Of a stretch of 64,000 bases of DNA, positions 1 to 9,865 are shown in pieces. Position 1 is the stretch's first letter. Each line of letters starts with the position of its first letter. A model generated the notes under the pieces. The model was not told where the DNA came from. It was given only the letters and a program-made list of their open reading frames with translations, and did no database searches. Source of the stretch: Trichormus sp. ATA11-4-KO1 (GTDB lineage: Bacteria; Cyanobacteriota; Cyanobacteriia; Cyanobacteriales; Nostocaceae); the NCBI GenBank assembly GCA_019358915.1, contig JAHHIM010000055.1, positions 1 through 64,000 of the forward strand. The letters run 5' to 3'. Position numbers and translations under genes: made by a program.

Positions 1-252
1 TTTGTGGTGATTCATGGCTGCTCAAACCCCTTTTTTTTCTAAATATGTCTGTTTTTATTCCTGCTTGCTTTTTTTCTCTCAGTAATTTCCGTTTGTGACA
101 CTTGGGGGTGCGGAAGGTGGGTTTTAAATGCTTAATGGGATATCTACTTGATTGACACTGCTAAAGTAGTGCATGTAACTTTCTTGTGGAATAGGCATCT
201 TGCCTGTTCTGGGCAGGCTAGATACCCTACGATTATTATATTCATGCAAGGT

Positions 253-606
253 TTAGATAGGTTTTGAGGCTTTTTGAACTAACCAACGACTAAGCAAAAT
301 TACAAAGATAATACATGGAAACAGCCCTAAAGTTGTCGTGAACGCCCCAAAGTTGTATTCAGACAGAAGCAATCCGCCTGTAGTAGCAACCATATAAACT
401 CCACCTGAATAAGCGTACGCAACCAGCATTGTCAGTACCGACTTAAAACGATTTGGCAGCACAGCAGCAATAATCATAAAAATGCCCAGAATGATATCTG
501 CTATCAAAAACTGGTTGAATAATCTGCCATTAACGACCTCCCATCCCTGCCATATAAGTGTCAATCCACCGATCAAAAGCGAAAAAACACGAGCCAATCT
601 AATCAT
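253..606 (-). CDS. Small integral membrane protein (~117 aa, ~4 TM), probable target of the divergent MerR regulator
   Basis: Hydrophobic segments from ATG at 606 (MIRLARVFSLL...). The upstream part of the 200-aa ORF overlaps merR on the opposite strand and is probably non-coding. Confidence 0.7.
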   Translation of the reverse strand: MIRLARVFSLLIGGLTLIWQGWEVVNGRLFNQFLIADIILGIFMIIAAVLPNRFKSVLTMLVAYAYSGGVYMVATTGGLLLSEYNFGAFTTTLGLFPCIIFVILLSRWLVQKASKPI

Positions 607-658
607 TGGTCTACTCCTAAATAATTTGTCATGCTTTGCATAGTTCACACCTTCACAA

Positions 659-690
659 AGGCTAAACCCTGGAGTATACTCCACTGTCAA
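659..690 (-). promoter_or_regulatory. MerR-type promoter/operator: TTGACA, 19-20 bp spacer holding the palindrome TGGAGTATACTCCA, then TAGCCT
   Basis: Consensus -35 at 690-685 (minus strand), perfect 14-bp dyad at 670-683 and an over-long spacer, next to a divergent merR. Confidence 0.75.
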
Positions 691-722
691 GTAGTCTTTT
701 AGGAATTTTGCAGTTAAGTCAT

Positions 723-1079
723 ATGTTGATTGGTGAACTTGTTCAAAAAACAGGGCTTTCAAGAGATACGATTCGTTTTTATGAAAAAATTGGCCTCGTT
801 TCGCCATCTCAACGAAAAGCACGAAGTGGCTATAAAGACTACAGTGATGCCACAATTGAGCGGCTTCTCCTAATTACTCAAGCAAAAGCCTTGGGTTTTA
901 CCCTCTGCGAGATCAAGCAAGGAATTAACGCATGGCAAGATGGTGAATTTTCTCAAGACGAAAAAATTCAAATAATGCAAGACAAAATTGCCCAAGTGAA
1001 TGAGAAAATTCAACAACTCAATAATATCAAGACATATTTGATGGGTAAACTAGACAAAGTCAAGCGAGGAATACTGTGA
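723..1079 (+). CDS. MerR family transcriptional regulator
   Basis: MLIGELVQKTGLSRDTIRFYEKIGL HTH, AKALGFTL motif and C-terminal coiled coil. Confidence 0.92.
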   Translation: MLIGELVQKTGLSRDTIRFYEKIGLVSPSQRKARSGYKDYSDATIERLLLITQAKALGFTLCEIKQGINAWQDGEFSQDEKIQIMQDKIAQVNEKIQQLNNIKTYLMGKLDKVKRGIL

Positions 1080-1234
1080 ATGACGAAGTTTTACAATTTT
1101 ACGCCTTAATCCCAGGATTGACGCTATTTTGTAAATTGCACCTCACAAATAAACTTTCAACTCTATTTAGCGGTACTAACTTTTGATGTTTGTAAGTTAG
1201 AACTTTATTTTTACTGATAAGGAGTGGTACAAAG

Positions 1235-2980
1235 TTGATTCACCCCATTGTATGTTCTAAACATCTGAAAGCAGATATCCAACGACTAAAGCTAATTTCC
1301 CCAGGTTCTATATTTTCATTCACGCTTTGCCTGGGAGTGGCAAGTACAACGTTACTGAGTATAAGCCTTGGCAGCGTTATGGCTCAAATGCCATTCGTAA
1401 CCCATCAAATGGCTGAGAGAACAGTGTCTCAGGTTAACGTGTTATTTGTTAACCCAAGTGTCGCCGATGACACAACGGGTAATGGTAGTGAAGGCGCTCC
1501 TTTGAAGACAATTACCCAAGCTTTGCAAGTAGCCGCCCCCAATACAGTAATTATGCTCTCCCCAGGCATTTATAGTGCGGAAACTGGAGAGGTATTTCCC
1601 CTAGCGCTCAAACCGGGTGTTTCTATTCAAGGTGATACTCGCACCAAAGGACAGGGGATGACGATTCAAGGAGGTGGTGGATACCTCAGCCGCAGTTTTG
1701 GCGGTCAAAACGTCACCATCATCGGAGCAAACCAAGCCGCGTTAACTGGGGTGACAGTAACAAACCCTAATCCCCGTGGTTATGGTTTGTGGATTGAATC
1801 GAGTAATCCAGTCATCACGGAAAACACATTTACTGGTAGTACTCAAGATGGAATTTCCATAGCTGGCAACAGTGCGCCGATAATTAGCAAAAACCATTTT
1901 CATCGCAATGGGGCAAATGGCATCACCATTGGCGGTAATTCCCAGCCCGAAGTGCGGGAAAATGTCTTTGAACAAACGGGCTTTGGCATTAATGTTACTC
2001 AAAATGCCACGCCTATTGTAGTTAGTAATCAAATTCAGCAAAATCGGTCTGGGATTTTAGTCCAAGCCAAAGCTCGCCCAATTTTACGCAATAATTTAAT
2101 TCAAGGTAGTCAAGAAGATGGTTTAGTAGCGATCGCCCAAGCAATGCCAGATTTGGGTAATGCAGCTGAACCAGGCGGTAATGAATTTGTTAATAATACT
2201 CGCTATGACATTAATGCCAGTGCTGCCAAGCAAATGATTTTTGCTTTTGGTAATACCCTAGCTAAAAATCGCATCGCTGGTCAGGTAGATTTCAATCCTC
2301 AAGCAGCCCCCATAGCTAATAACTCAATACCCAATAGTGTGATCTCGGAAATTCCCGCCAATGGAGAAATCACCTTCGCTGCTCCCGGAGTATCCAGTAC
2401 TAATGAGCCTGTAGACCAAGGACAACTAGCCGATACACCACAAAAACCACCGACCCCCAGGACTGCTGGGTTTTCAGTTCTCAGCAGTTTGGCAGCTAGA
2501 GAAGACAATCAAGTCGCTTCTGGGGGAAGGGTGACTGCATTACCAGATGTGCGACCGAATCTGCCACAACTGAATTATGTCCGGATTAATCCCAACACAA
2601 TTGAGTTTGTTGCCCCCCAATTACCGCCTGGAGGACTAAATCAAGAGCAATCATTGCCCACAGCAGCAGACCCTCCCTTTGGTGAATCAGTACTCTTACC
2701 AGCTCCCAATGGCAACACTCGCAACCTGCAAAAAGCGCCAGTACCGCCAACTCATACTGCCAGAGTTCAGCAGGGTGTGCGTTACCGCGTGGTAGTTAAT
2801 GTCGCAACTGATCGGGAACGAGACATAGTGCGAACCTTAGCCCCTGGTGCATTTGCTACCATCTGGCAAGGTCGCAGAGTTATGCAAGTGGGTGTTTTTA
2901 GCGATCGCCGTAATGCCGACGAAATGCTAAAAGTACTCAATAGTAATGGTTTAAAAACTATCGTTGAGCCGTTGAATTAA
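1235..2980 (+). CDS. DUF1565 (parallel beta-helix) exported protein with C-terminal SPOR-like domain
   Basis: LFVNP...GNGS..APLKTITQAL DUF1565 start, beta-helix repeats, Pro-rich linker, C-terminal MQVGVFSDRRNA; start codon uncertain. Confidence 0.75.
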   Translation: MIHPIVCSKHLKADIQRLKLISPGSIFSFTLCLGVASTTLLSISLGSVMAQMPFVTHQMAERTVSQVNVLFVNPSVADDTTGNGSEGAPLKTITQALQVAAPNTVIMLSPGIYSAETGEVFPLALKPGVSIQGDTRTKGQGMTIQGGGGYLSRSFGGQNVTIIGANQAALTGVTVTNPNPRGYGLWIESSNPVITENTFTGSTQDGISIAGNSAPIISKNHFHRNGANGITIGGNSQPEVRENVFEQTGFGINVTQNATPIVVSNQIQQNRSGILVQAKARPILRNNLIQGSQEDGLVAIAQAMPDLGNAAEPGGNEFVNNTRYDINASAAKQMIFAFGNTLAKNRIAGQVDFNPQAAPIANNSIPNSVISEIPANGEITFAAPGVSSTNEPVDQGQLADTPQKPPTPRTAGFSVLSSLAAREDNQVASGGRVTALPDVRPNLPQLNYVRINPNTIEFVAPQLPPGGLNQEQSLPTAADPPFGESVLLPAPNGNTRNLQKAPVPPTHTARVQQGVRYRVVVNVATDRERDIVRTLAPGAFATIWQGRRVMQVGVFSDRRNADEMLKVLNSNGLKTIVEPLN

Positions 2981-3086
2981 TCAAGAAAAAGTTGGCTTAT
3001 CTCTCTGAGAGTATCACAGGGGATAAGCTAACCTGCACAAAGAATGCGCGGCACTTACCCAAAATAACTATGAATAAGAGGTTTAT

Positions 3087-3524
3087 ATGAAACGAGAGGT
3101 GATCACAAAGCGAGATATTCAAAATATCCAAAAGAATGTTGAACCATATGCAGGAGCTATTGACAACCTATCAATTCCAGAAAGAGATGATTATCAATCC
3201 AAGTTACTTAAATATATTCCCACTGAAGTTGTAGCTTTGTATTTTACACTTGATAATATTTTGAAGTCTTCCGTAGCAGACCAGCAATCGATCCAGACTC
3301 TGCTATGGATTATTTTTATCTTATTAATTATATCTACACCAATCTACCTGTGGCGTGTTACTAAAGTTAGGAAGAAAATACAATTACTGATTTCTACTTT
3401 AGCATTTGTTGTTTGGGTATTTGCATTAGGGGGAATTTTTGAAAATTTAGATTGGTATAGGCATTACTATGGAGCATTACTGCTTCCCAGTTTCACATTT
3501 ATAGTGCCTATTATTGAAGGTTGA
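3087..3524 (+). CDS. Hypothetical multi-pass membrane protein (3-4 TM)
   Basis: Good RBS (GAGG), LLKYIPTEVVALY motif followed by hydrophobic helices. Confidence 0.75.
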   Translation: MKREVITKRDIQNIQKNVEPYAGAIDNLSIPERDDYQSKLLKYIPTEVVALYFTLDNILKSSVADQQSIQTLLWIIFILLIISTPIYLWRVTKVRKKIQLLISTLAFVVWVFALGGIFENLDWYRHYYGALLLPSFTFIVPIIEG

Positions 3525-3758
3525 TATGTAGAGAAACAGGCTGAAAAGTTTCTTGTTGTCGGGCTTTTATTAGCAGTTGATGTTTCTAAGTACAACTTTA
3601 GGATAAATTTATGGCGAATTGAGGGTGGAAATTTAAACGCAAAGGAGAGGCAGCGCGTTGCGGGGGTTCCCCCCGTTCGTCGCGCCAAGGTTAGCGCAGA
3701 GTAACGCCAAGGTTTAATCAAGGCAATTTTTTTCGCTACAAACTTGTGAAATCATGTA

Positions 3759-4943
3759 CTAAGAAATTTGCGATATTCCATTATCTAGTACTAAATCAAT
3801 ATCCATCTCACTTAAGACTGTACTAATGGGAATACCATAAGTAATTCCTAGACCATTGTTTCCTCCTTTGAGAGTACCTGCAATGAGGAGAGCTAGAGCA
3901 TAACCATTTTCATCTATGATTAGTGAACCACTGTCTCCTTTAAGACTAAACGGTTTATTTCCTATGCCTTCAAATGCAATGATGTCAGGAAATCGGCAAC
4001 CTAACAAATTTTCATCATAGTTTAAGGTGAGATCGGCATTCATCAGAGCTATTTTTCCCCATGTTTGCCCAGTTCTACGTCCTATCTTAGTAAATTTTAG
4101 GTCTTTGGATACTTTGTTTATATTATCTTTATTGTGAAATCCTTTTAGCCGGCCTACTCCCTGGATTTCGTTTAATTTTACTAAAGATAAATCATTAATT
4201 TTGGCAATAGCTGCATCAACTAAATTAATGCTGTTAGCCTTAAGTTCAATAAAATCAATTAAAATACCAATTTCATTAATAGTAGTTCTATTTTCTTCTC
4301 TAAAAAATATATGGTCACTGAAAGGAGAAGTTAAAATTTTAGGAGGTAGGAAGGATAGTAGTTTCTGTAAAAACTTATTTTTTGGAAAACTCGCATTTCT
4401 TTCTTCTGGTTTTTTATTTAGCTGTTCTGCGTCTTGCATGACTAGTTGATGAAGAAAAACGGCATCCTTTCCCCGTTGACCTTTATTCAAGTTGGCTAGA
4501 ACATGATTATTACTTAATATGAATAAGTCTGAATGTCCACGCTTTTTGACAAAACAACCTAATGTTCCTACAAATTGCTGAGCAGCAATAGGATCACAGT
4601 GAGATATCGCCGCACCAAAACACACCTGGTAACCATAGGGTAATACAGGGCCTGTAACTTGAATATCTATGCTTTCTTCAGGAATCTTGCTAAAAATCGG
4701 AGCAATAATCTTTCTATCACGCTCTTCTGCTATGTGTACAGCAATCTGATAATCTTGCTTGCTACTTTGGCGAATTCCTAAAACTGGCACATGAAATGAA
4801 TCTCTATTTTCATCAGCAGGTGCAGCAAAAGGGTATGCACGCTCTAAACTGTCCCATAAAATGCTACTAGCTTCATTTCTGAGCTTTACAGCCTCTTTAA
4901 ATGCATTATTTTCATGAGATTTATACATGCTTAACATAGACAT
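3759..4943 (-). CDS. Trypsin-like (S1/PA clan, Nal1-like) cytoplasmic serine protease
   Basis: GTLGCFV, LSNNHVL (His), VDAAIA (Asp), KIGRRTGQTWG, GDSGS (Ser); no signal peptide. Confidence 0.85.
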   Translation of the reverse strand: MSMLSMYKSHENNAFKEAVKLRNEASSILWDSLERAYPFAAPADENRDSFHVPVLGIRQSSKQDYQIAVHIAEERDRKIIAPIFSKIPEESIDIQVTGPVLPYGYQVCFGAAISHCDPIAAQQFVGTLGCFVKKRGHSDLFILSNNHVLANLNKGQRGKDAVFLHQLVMQDAEQLNKKPEERNASFPKNKFLQKLLSFLPPKILTSPFSDHIFFREENRTTINEIGILIDFIELKANSINLVDAAIAKINDLSLVKLNEIQGVGRLKGFHNKDNINKVSKDLKFTKIGRRTGQTWGKIALMNADLTLNYDENLLGCRFPDIIAFEGIGNKPFSLKGDSGSLIIDENGYALALLIAGTLKGGNNGLGITYGIPISTVLSEMDIDLVLDNGISQIS

Positions 4944-5264
4944 TATTCAATTAAGCTAATCAGACTTCAGCTATAGTCATGCCGAAGTCTCAATAAATCA
5001 GGGATTTTAACTTATTTCCTTAAATTTTACATATTTTCAGTATATTCCCATATATTCTTTATGTGTTAAATTATATATAAGCATTTTTTGATAAAAACAT
5101 ATTTTTTTAGTCTCTGAGGCAGAAAAGCGCTTCCTTCCTGAGTAGGTAAATGGGCTAAACTCCTTCTCTTACCAGCTTCTTCTGAAGACGGCTACTTTTT
5201 TAAGTTGTATTTCAGAAAACTTTAAGTTTAGCAAAAGTTTAAAAAAACTTATATTACAAAGCAT

Positions 5265-5291
5265 AAAGCCTGGATGAACTCCAGGCTTTTT
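5265..5291. terminator. Intrinsic terminator-like hairpin AAAGCCTGGA-TGAAC-TCCAGGCTTT
   Basis: 10-bp stem with A/T flanks, just downstream of the 5336-5635 gene. Confidence 0.6.
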
Positions 5292-5335
5292 AATAAAAGA
5301 CGTATATTAAAGTTTTGAGCGGAATTCATGCTGTG

Positions 5336-5635
5336 CTAAATTATAATTGCCCCTACAATTTCAGTGTTTACAGGCACTCCTGCAACTTTTTTAGGAAGCT
5401 TTCTAGCAACTTCTTTCGGTAAAGGTGAAGAAAGATTAACTTCAATGGTATAACCTCGACCGCAAGCAGCTATACCGATAGCTTGAAGTTCTCTTTGCCC
5501 TTCTAAGATATGAGTTACCTCTTCTTTAGCAGAATGCGCTTTTTTTAAACACTCTTCTTCATTAGCCTTTTGGGCAGGGTTATTGACCCAGCGAGCCATT
5601 TTGTCAAAAAGAGAATTATTGTGATTATTCTTCAT
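5336..5635 (-). CDS. Small protein resembling the N-terminal (pro/regulatory) domain of Nal1-like proteases
   Basis: AIGI...GYTIEVNL...KLPKKVAGVPVNTEIVGAI pattern parallels LGI...DYQIAVHI...KIPEESIDIQVTGPV in the neighbouring protease. Confidence 0.6.
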   Translation of the reverse strand: MKNNHNNSLFDKMARWVNNPAQKANEEECLKKAHSAKEEVTHILEGQRELQAIGIAACGRGYTIEVNLSSPLPKEVARKLPKKVAGVPVNTEIVGAIII

Positions 5636-5906
5636 CGGAATGTTAAGCTCTACAAAAGGATTTGACTTTATCTGCAACACTTATTATAGCAAGAAAGTGT
5701 TTATGTAATCAATATTTTGAAATTCAAGTTTGATCAAGTTAAATGTTGTCAGTCTAAAAACCAGATTAAATATGCTCAAATCATATTTTCAGCAGATTGT
5801 CTCTGCAAAAATCAAACTTCTAAAATAACTCACACAAATTTTGTTTAGCATTACTAAATATCAATACTTGAGAGCTTCTTATCAGAGTCACCAAAATCTC
5901 AATTTC

Positions 5907-6659
5907 TTAATAGATTTCTGAGTTATTTTGAGCATTGAATTCCTCTTGGAGGTAGACGTGTTGTCGCTTTTCGCTGGACATGGCTTTGAGTTTTGATGTG
6001 AATGAATCAGAGCGATCGCTTGTTGCTGGTGTAAATTGCCCAATTGGGGGATGATTGGCAGATGGTGGCAGTAGTTTTGGCTGTTTGTGAGGTTTTGGTG
6101 ATGGGGAATGTCTGGGAAGATTACCTTGTAAGTTCAGCTTTGTTTTAGCACCAGAGGCAACGGGATTGAGAGTTGAAGACGCTAAAATATTTTCTACCGA
6201 CGTTTCTGCTTCTGCATTTGTCATTTCTAAGGTCGCCGTTTGATGACCATATCCATTATCAACCTCAACAGGTGCGGAATTTGCTGTCATTGGTGATGAT
6301 GGAGAATTCATGACTGGCTGATCGATGATTTGTTGCTTGATAGAAGGAAGTACTGGCGCTGCTAGTTCGGTTAAACTTTCGGGAAATTTGCTACAAATCA
6401 AGCGTTCAAATTCCATATTGAAATGATAAATTGCCTGGCCTCGTCGTTGCCAAAATGCTAATATTTGCTGTACTGAAATTCCTTTATAGCGACCTTGATA
6501 CAGCGCCTCAACTACTGCCAGGTGCAGCCAATTAATGGGGTATTGGGTTTGCCAACGGTTAACTAACTCACTGGCGGTATACCCACTGAGGTCAAAACTG
6601 TAGTGAATTAATAGGGCAATTGCCAAGTCAGCAGATGTTTGCGCGGCTGTTGTTAACAT
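5907..6659 (-). CDS. ftn6: Probable cell-division protein Ftn6 (DnaD-like N-terminal domain plus low-complexity tail)
   Basis: LLIHYSFDL...W...AVVEALYQGRYK.ISVQQIL.FWQRRG conserved cyanobacterial N-domain, recognised from memory. Confidence 0.55.
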   Translation of the reverse strand: MLTTAAQTSADLAIALLIHYSFDLSGYTASELVNRWQTQYPINWLHLAVVEALYQGRYKGISVQQILAFWQRRGQAIYHFNMEFERLICSKFPESLTELAAPVLPSIKQQIIDQPVMNSPSSPMTANSAPVEVDNGYGHQTATLEMTNAEAETSVENILASSTLNPVASGAKTKLNLQGNLPRHSPSPKPHKQPKLLPPSANHPPIGQFTPATSDRSDSFTSKLKAMSSEKRQHVYLQEEFNAQNNSEIY

Positions 6660-6787
6660 AGGACTATTGGCTTCAGGCGTTGGGTATAAATTATCTACCC
6701 AACGCTCATAGCCTAACGTGTTTTTAGCTATAGGATTGGTTACCAAGAGTTTCCAGGTTGATAAGCAGTGTTTTTCATTTTACTTGG

Positions 6788-8878
6788 TCAATTGCTGACT
6801 GTCGAAACAATATAGGGTGAATTAATAGTTGGCGTTCGCTGGATAGCAACTAATGCTTGATAAACCATTGCAGCTACTTCGGCGCGGGTTGCTTCTCGCG
6901 TAGGCAAAAGTTGTTGAGGATCAGGATAATTAACCACAATTCTTTGTTGTGTAGCAGTTACAACTGCCTGACGGGCGTAATCGGGAATGGTGTGACTATC
7001 TCTGTAGGTGAGTGCAGTGTTGTGATCAGATGTTGATAAAGCAAGTCCGTTAACTAAAGAAACAATTACTTGTAACTTTTGCACATTTTGATCAGGGCGG
7101 AAAGTGCGATCGCCAAATCCACTGACAAAGCCACCGCTAGCGGCGATTTGTAAGGCGTTATAAGCCCAAAAATCCTGGGGTACATCTGTAAAATCGGGTG
7201 CTGGACGTTTGGCAGTGGGATTAAAAGCCACGGCTACTAAAGCTGCATATTGGGCGCGAGTCATGGGTTTATTTGGCTGGTAGCTGCCATCTGCGAAACC
7301 ATGAGTTAAATTCATGCTGGCTAATCCCCGAATAAATGGTTCTGCCCAATGCCCCATAATATCGGTAAACGAGGGAATATCGACATCGGGGCTAATAATG
7401 TAAGGTGAGGCGATCGCTTTTTCTTGGCTAGCAGCTACTAATGCTTGATAAATTAATGCTGCTACTTCAGCGCGAGTAATGTCTCGTAGAGGTTCTAGTT
7501 GTTCAGGTTGGGGATAATTTACTACCAGCAGTTTTTGGGTGGCAATTGCCACAGCATTAATGGCATAACTAGGAATTTGTGCGCGATCGCGGTATACGTT
7601 TAACACATGGGGATTGCCGCCTGTTAGCTGTAACCCATTCACAATAGATACTATGGCTTGCACCTTCGTCAAATTTTGCCCGGCGCGAAATGTCCCATCG
7701 GGAAAGCCACTAATAAAGCCCATTTCCGCAGTTTTAAAAATGGCTGATGCTGCCCAAAAATCTGGTTTTACATCCGTAAATTTACTATTTTTATTGATAA
7801 CTGGTAACTGAAAAGTCTTGGCAATCACAGCAGCGTATTGAGCGCGAGTGATGGGCGCATCTGGTTTAAAAGTGCCATCGGGAAAACCGCTAATTGCACC
7901 TTTACTTACTAACGCTTCGACAAAATCCACAGCCCAATGTCCAGCCAGGTCAGAAAAACTAGTTTTACCGGAAATTGGTCGGGGATGATCTTCTTGAGCC
8001 ACGATAAAATCAACTCTTCCCTTCACCTGAGTCGGATTCAACTGGTTACCTACTGAAACTAGCTGCTGTGATGTAGTATTGTGTAAATCAAAGTCGCCAT
8101 TATCACGAAAAATGTTGCCAGCCGCATCTTGGCTATTACCTAAATCAGGTACTGCGCTGCCATTTACCAACATTCCCCCTTGGGTATTTTTGGTAATCAA
8201 ATTATGGCGCAGTACAGGCCTAGCGTTGCGAGAAAGCGCGATCGCTGAGCGGTTATCTGATATTGTGTTATTAGCTAACAAAGGGGCAGCAAAATCACTA
8301 ATTGCTATACCCAAAGGATTTTTTTGAAATACATTCCGCAGCACTTCTCCTTTGCTATTACGCGCCATCATTAAGCCACTAGCAGCGTTTTGCACAAACA
8401 CGTTATCCACAATTACGGGTTTAGCTGTACCCGTGACAAACACACCTTCCCGTCCGCACTTCAAGAAGGTATTATTAGCTGCTCTACATGTTGCCGATTC
8501 AATCCAAACGCCTGTTCCTTTAGCTACAGGGTTAGTAATAGTTACACCCAAGAGACTTGCATCCCCTAGCAACAGCATTGTGGCGTTTTGCATCCCAAAA
8601 CTGGGACTGTGAAATTCGCCACTCCCGGAAATCACAATTCCGGCACCTTTGTTATTTTCGTTACCTATTACTGTCACTTGCTTAGGAATCATCAGTGGAA
8701 ACACTTCTCCACTGGCGACACTGTAAGTTCCAGATGCTAACTGAATAATTGCTGGGGGTTTGTCTACTTTTAAAGCACGGGTGATACTTTTAAACGGACT
8801 CGACCGAGAACCAACATTGGTATCATTCCCTTGTGTAGGATTGACATAGAGTGTGGTAATGAGGGTAGAGTTCACCAT
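6788..8878 (-). CDS. DUF1565 plus S-layer homology (SLH) domain protein
   Basis: N-terminal DUF1565 beta-helix; repeated FSDL..HWA...GFPDGTFKPD.PITRAQ SLH motifs. Confidence 0.88.
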   Translation of the reverse strand: MVNSTLITTLYVNPTQGNDTNVGSRSSPFKSITRALKVDKPPAIIQLASGTYSVASGEVFPLMIPKQVTVIGNENNKGAGIVISGSGEFHSPSFGMQNATMLLLGDASLLGVTITNPVAKGTGVWIESATCRAANNTFLKCGREGVFVTGTAKPVIVDNVFVQNAASGLMMARNSKGEVLRNVFQKNPLGIAISDFAAPLLANNTISDNRSAIALSRNARPVLRHNLITKNTQGGMLVNGSAVPDLGNSQDAAGNIFRDNGDFDLHNTTSQQLVSVGNQLNPTQVKGRVDFIVAQEDHPRPISGKTSFSDLAGHWAVDFVEALVSKGAISGFPDGTFKPDAPITRAQYAAVIAKTFQLPVINKNSKFTDVKPDFWAASAIFKTAEMGFISGFPDGTFRAGQNLTKVQAIVSIVNGLQLTGGNPHVLNVYRDRAQIPSYAINAVAIATQKLLVVNYPQPEQLEPLRDITRAEVAALIYQALVAASQEKAIASPYIISPDVDIPSFTDIMGHWAEPFIRGLASMNLTHGFADGSYQPNKPMTRAQYAALVAVAFNPTAKRPAPDFTDVPQDFWAYNALQIAASGGFVSGFGDRTFRPDQNVQKLQVIVSLVNGLALSTSDHNTALTYRDSHTIPDYARQAVVTATQQRIVVNYPDPQQLLPTREATRAEVAAMVYQALVAIQRTPTINSPYIVSTVSN

Positions 8879-9371
8879 TGATTTCAGATTGCTGTAGATA
8901 GTCCTTCTTGATTGGTGGATAAGTTTCTAGTACTTCTTGAATAAATTTATTCCAGATTTTATTAGGCATCCAAATTCGATGTAAGTCTTTTTTGGCATCT
9001 TCATCATTTATCCCTTGATAAAGGCGGCGATAAAGATACATAAAGGCTGAGACTCTCATGTTAGCAGCACAGTGGACAAAGATTTTTTTATTGGCGTTTG
9101 CTTCCATAACGCGAAAAAACTCTGTTACATCTTCAATGGTTGGTTGTTCCCAAACTACAGGAATATGTATATATTCCATACTTTGAGATTCCACAATTTC
9201 TTGTTCATTGGGTAAAGCATTGTCTGATGTTGGCAATGCCAAATTGATAATTACTTGAAATCCTGATTCACTAATTCTTACTAACTGTTTTGCGGTTGGT
9301 TGTCCAGATGTGGCAATTACATCTGATATATTGAGAAAATTGTATATTTCTTCAAGACATTTGCTAGACAT
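8823..9371 (-). CDS. Protein-tyrosine-phosphatase-like (DUF442/BLH-type) protein
   Basis: ATSGQPT, VIINLA, FVHCAANMRVS (HCX5R-like). Confidence 0.8.
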   Translation of the reverse strand: MSSKCLEEIYNFLNISDVIATSGQPTAKQLVRISESGFQVIINLALPTSDNALPNEQEIVESQSMEYIHIPVVWEQPTIEDVTEFFRVMEANANKKIFVHCAANMRVSAFMYLYRRLYQGINDEDAKKDLHRIWMPNKIWNKFIQEVLETYPPIKKDYLQQSEINGELYPHYHTLCQSYTRE

Positions 9372-9400
9372 AGCTTTATTTTCGGGATTTCAATTAGGCG

Positions 9401-9865
9401 TTAAATTTCATACAAAGCACCATCTTTGTGTGTGAAAATGTGATGCCCATCAGTACTAGCTTTAGCAATTAGGTCATCATCTGGATAGTAAACCTCATCT
9501 TCGGGGGTTCTATCCCCAATTTCTAAATAAACTACCACTCCAGAGGAACGATTCACCAGTTGGTGTCCATCTTCCTCGCCAGAGGGAAAACCTGCCATCA
9601 TTCCTGGGGTGAGGATTTGCGCTCCTGCATTAGTAATTAGTGTCACTTCCCCTTCTATGACATAAATAAACTCATCTTGTTTGGTGTGCCAATGTCTGAG
9701 AGCAGAACAACTTCCCGGCGCTAGCGTCACTAAGTTAACACCAAAATTTTTCAATCCAGCCGCATTTCCTAAAGCTTGTTTTGCTCTCCCCATCACGAGA
9801 GGCTTAAATTCGTCAGGGTAGTTTGAAGTTCTTCGACTGGGGACATTTTTAGGGTTGATAATCAT
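9401..9865 (-). CDS. Cupin domain protein
   Basis: GVNLVTLAPG..SALRHWH..QDEFIYVIEGE and GHQLVN motifs. Confidence 0.88.
   Translation of the reverse strand: MIINPKNVPSRRTSNYPDEFKPLVMGRAKQALGNAAGLKNFGVNLVTLAPGSCSALRHWHTKQDEFIYVIEGEVTLITNAGAQILTPGMMAGFPSGEEDGHQLVNRSSGVVVYLEIGDRTPEDEVYYPDDDLIAKASTDGHHIFTHKDGALYEI

Noticed and set aside
607..855. N-terminal 83 aa of the 200-aa ORF
   Set aside because: Overlaps merR and its operator on the opposite strand; the internal ATG at 606 fits the promoter
3630..3715. GC-rich hairpin region between the membrane protein and the protease as an ncRNA
   Set aside because: Resembles a composite of common Nostocales dispersed repeats (ACGCAAAG/CGCCAAG units) and probably just acts as a terminator
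5110..5200. GC-richer patch with possible stems upstream of the protease
   Set aside because: Pairings are short, and I could not recognise a riboswitch consensus or a start codon
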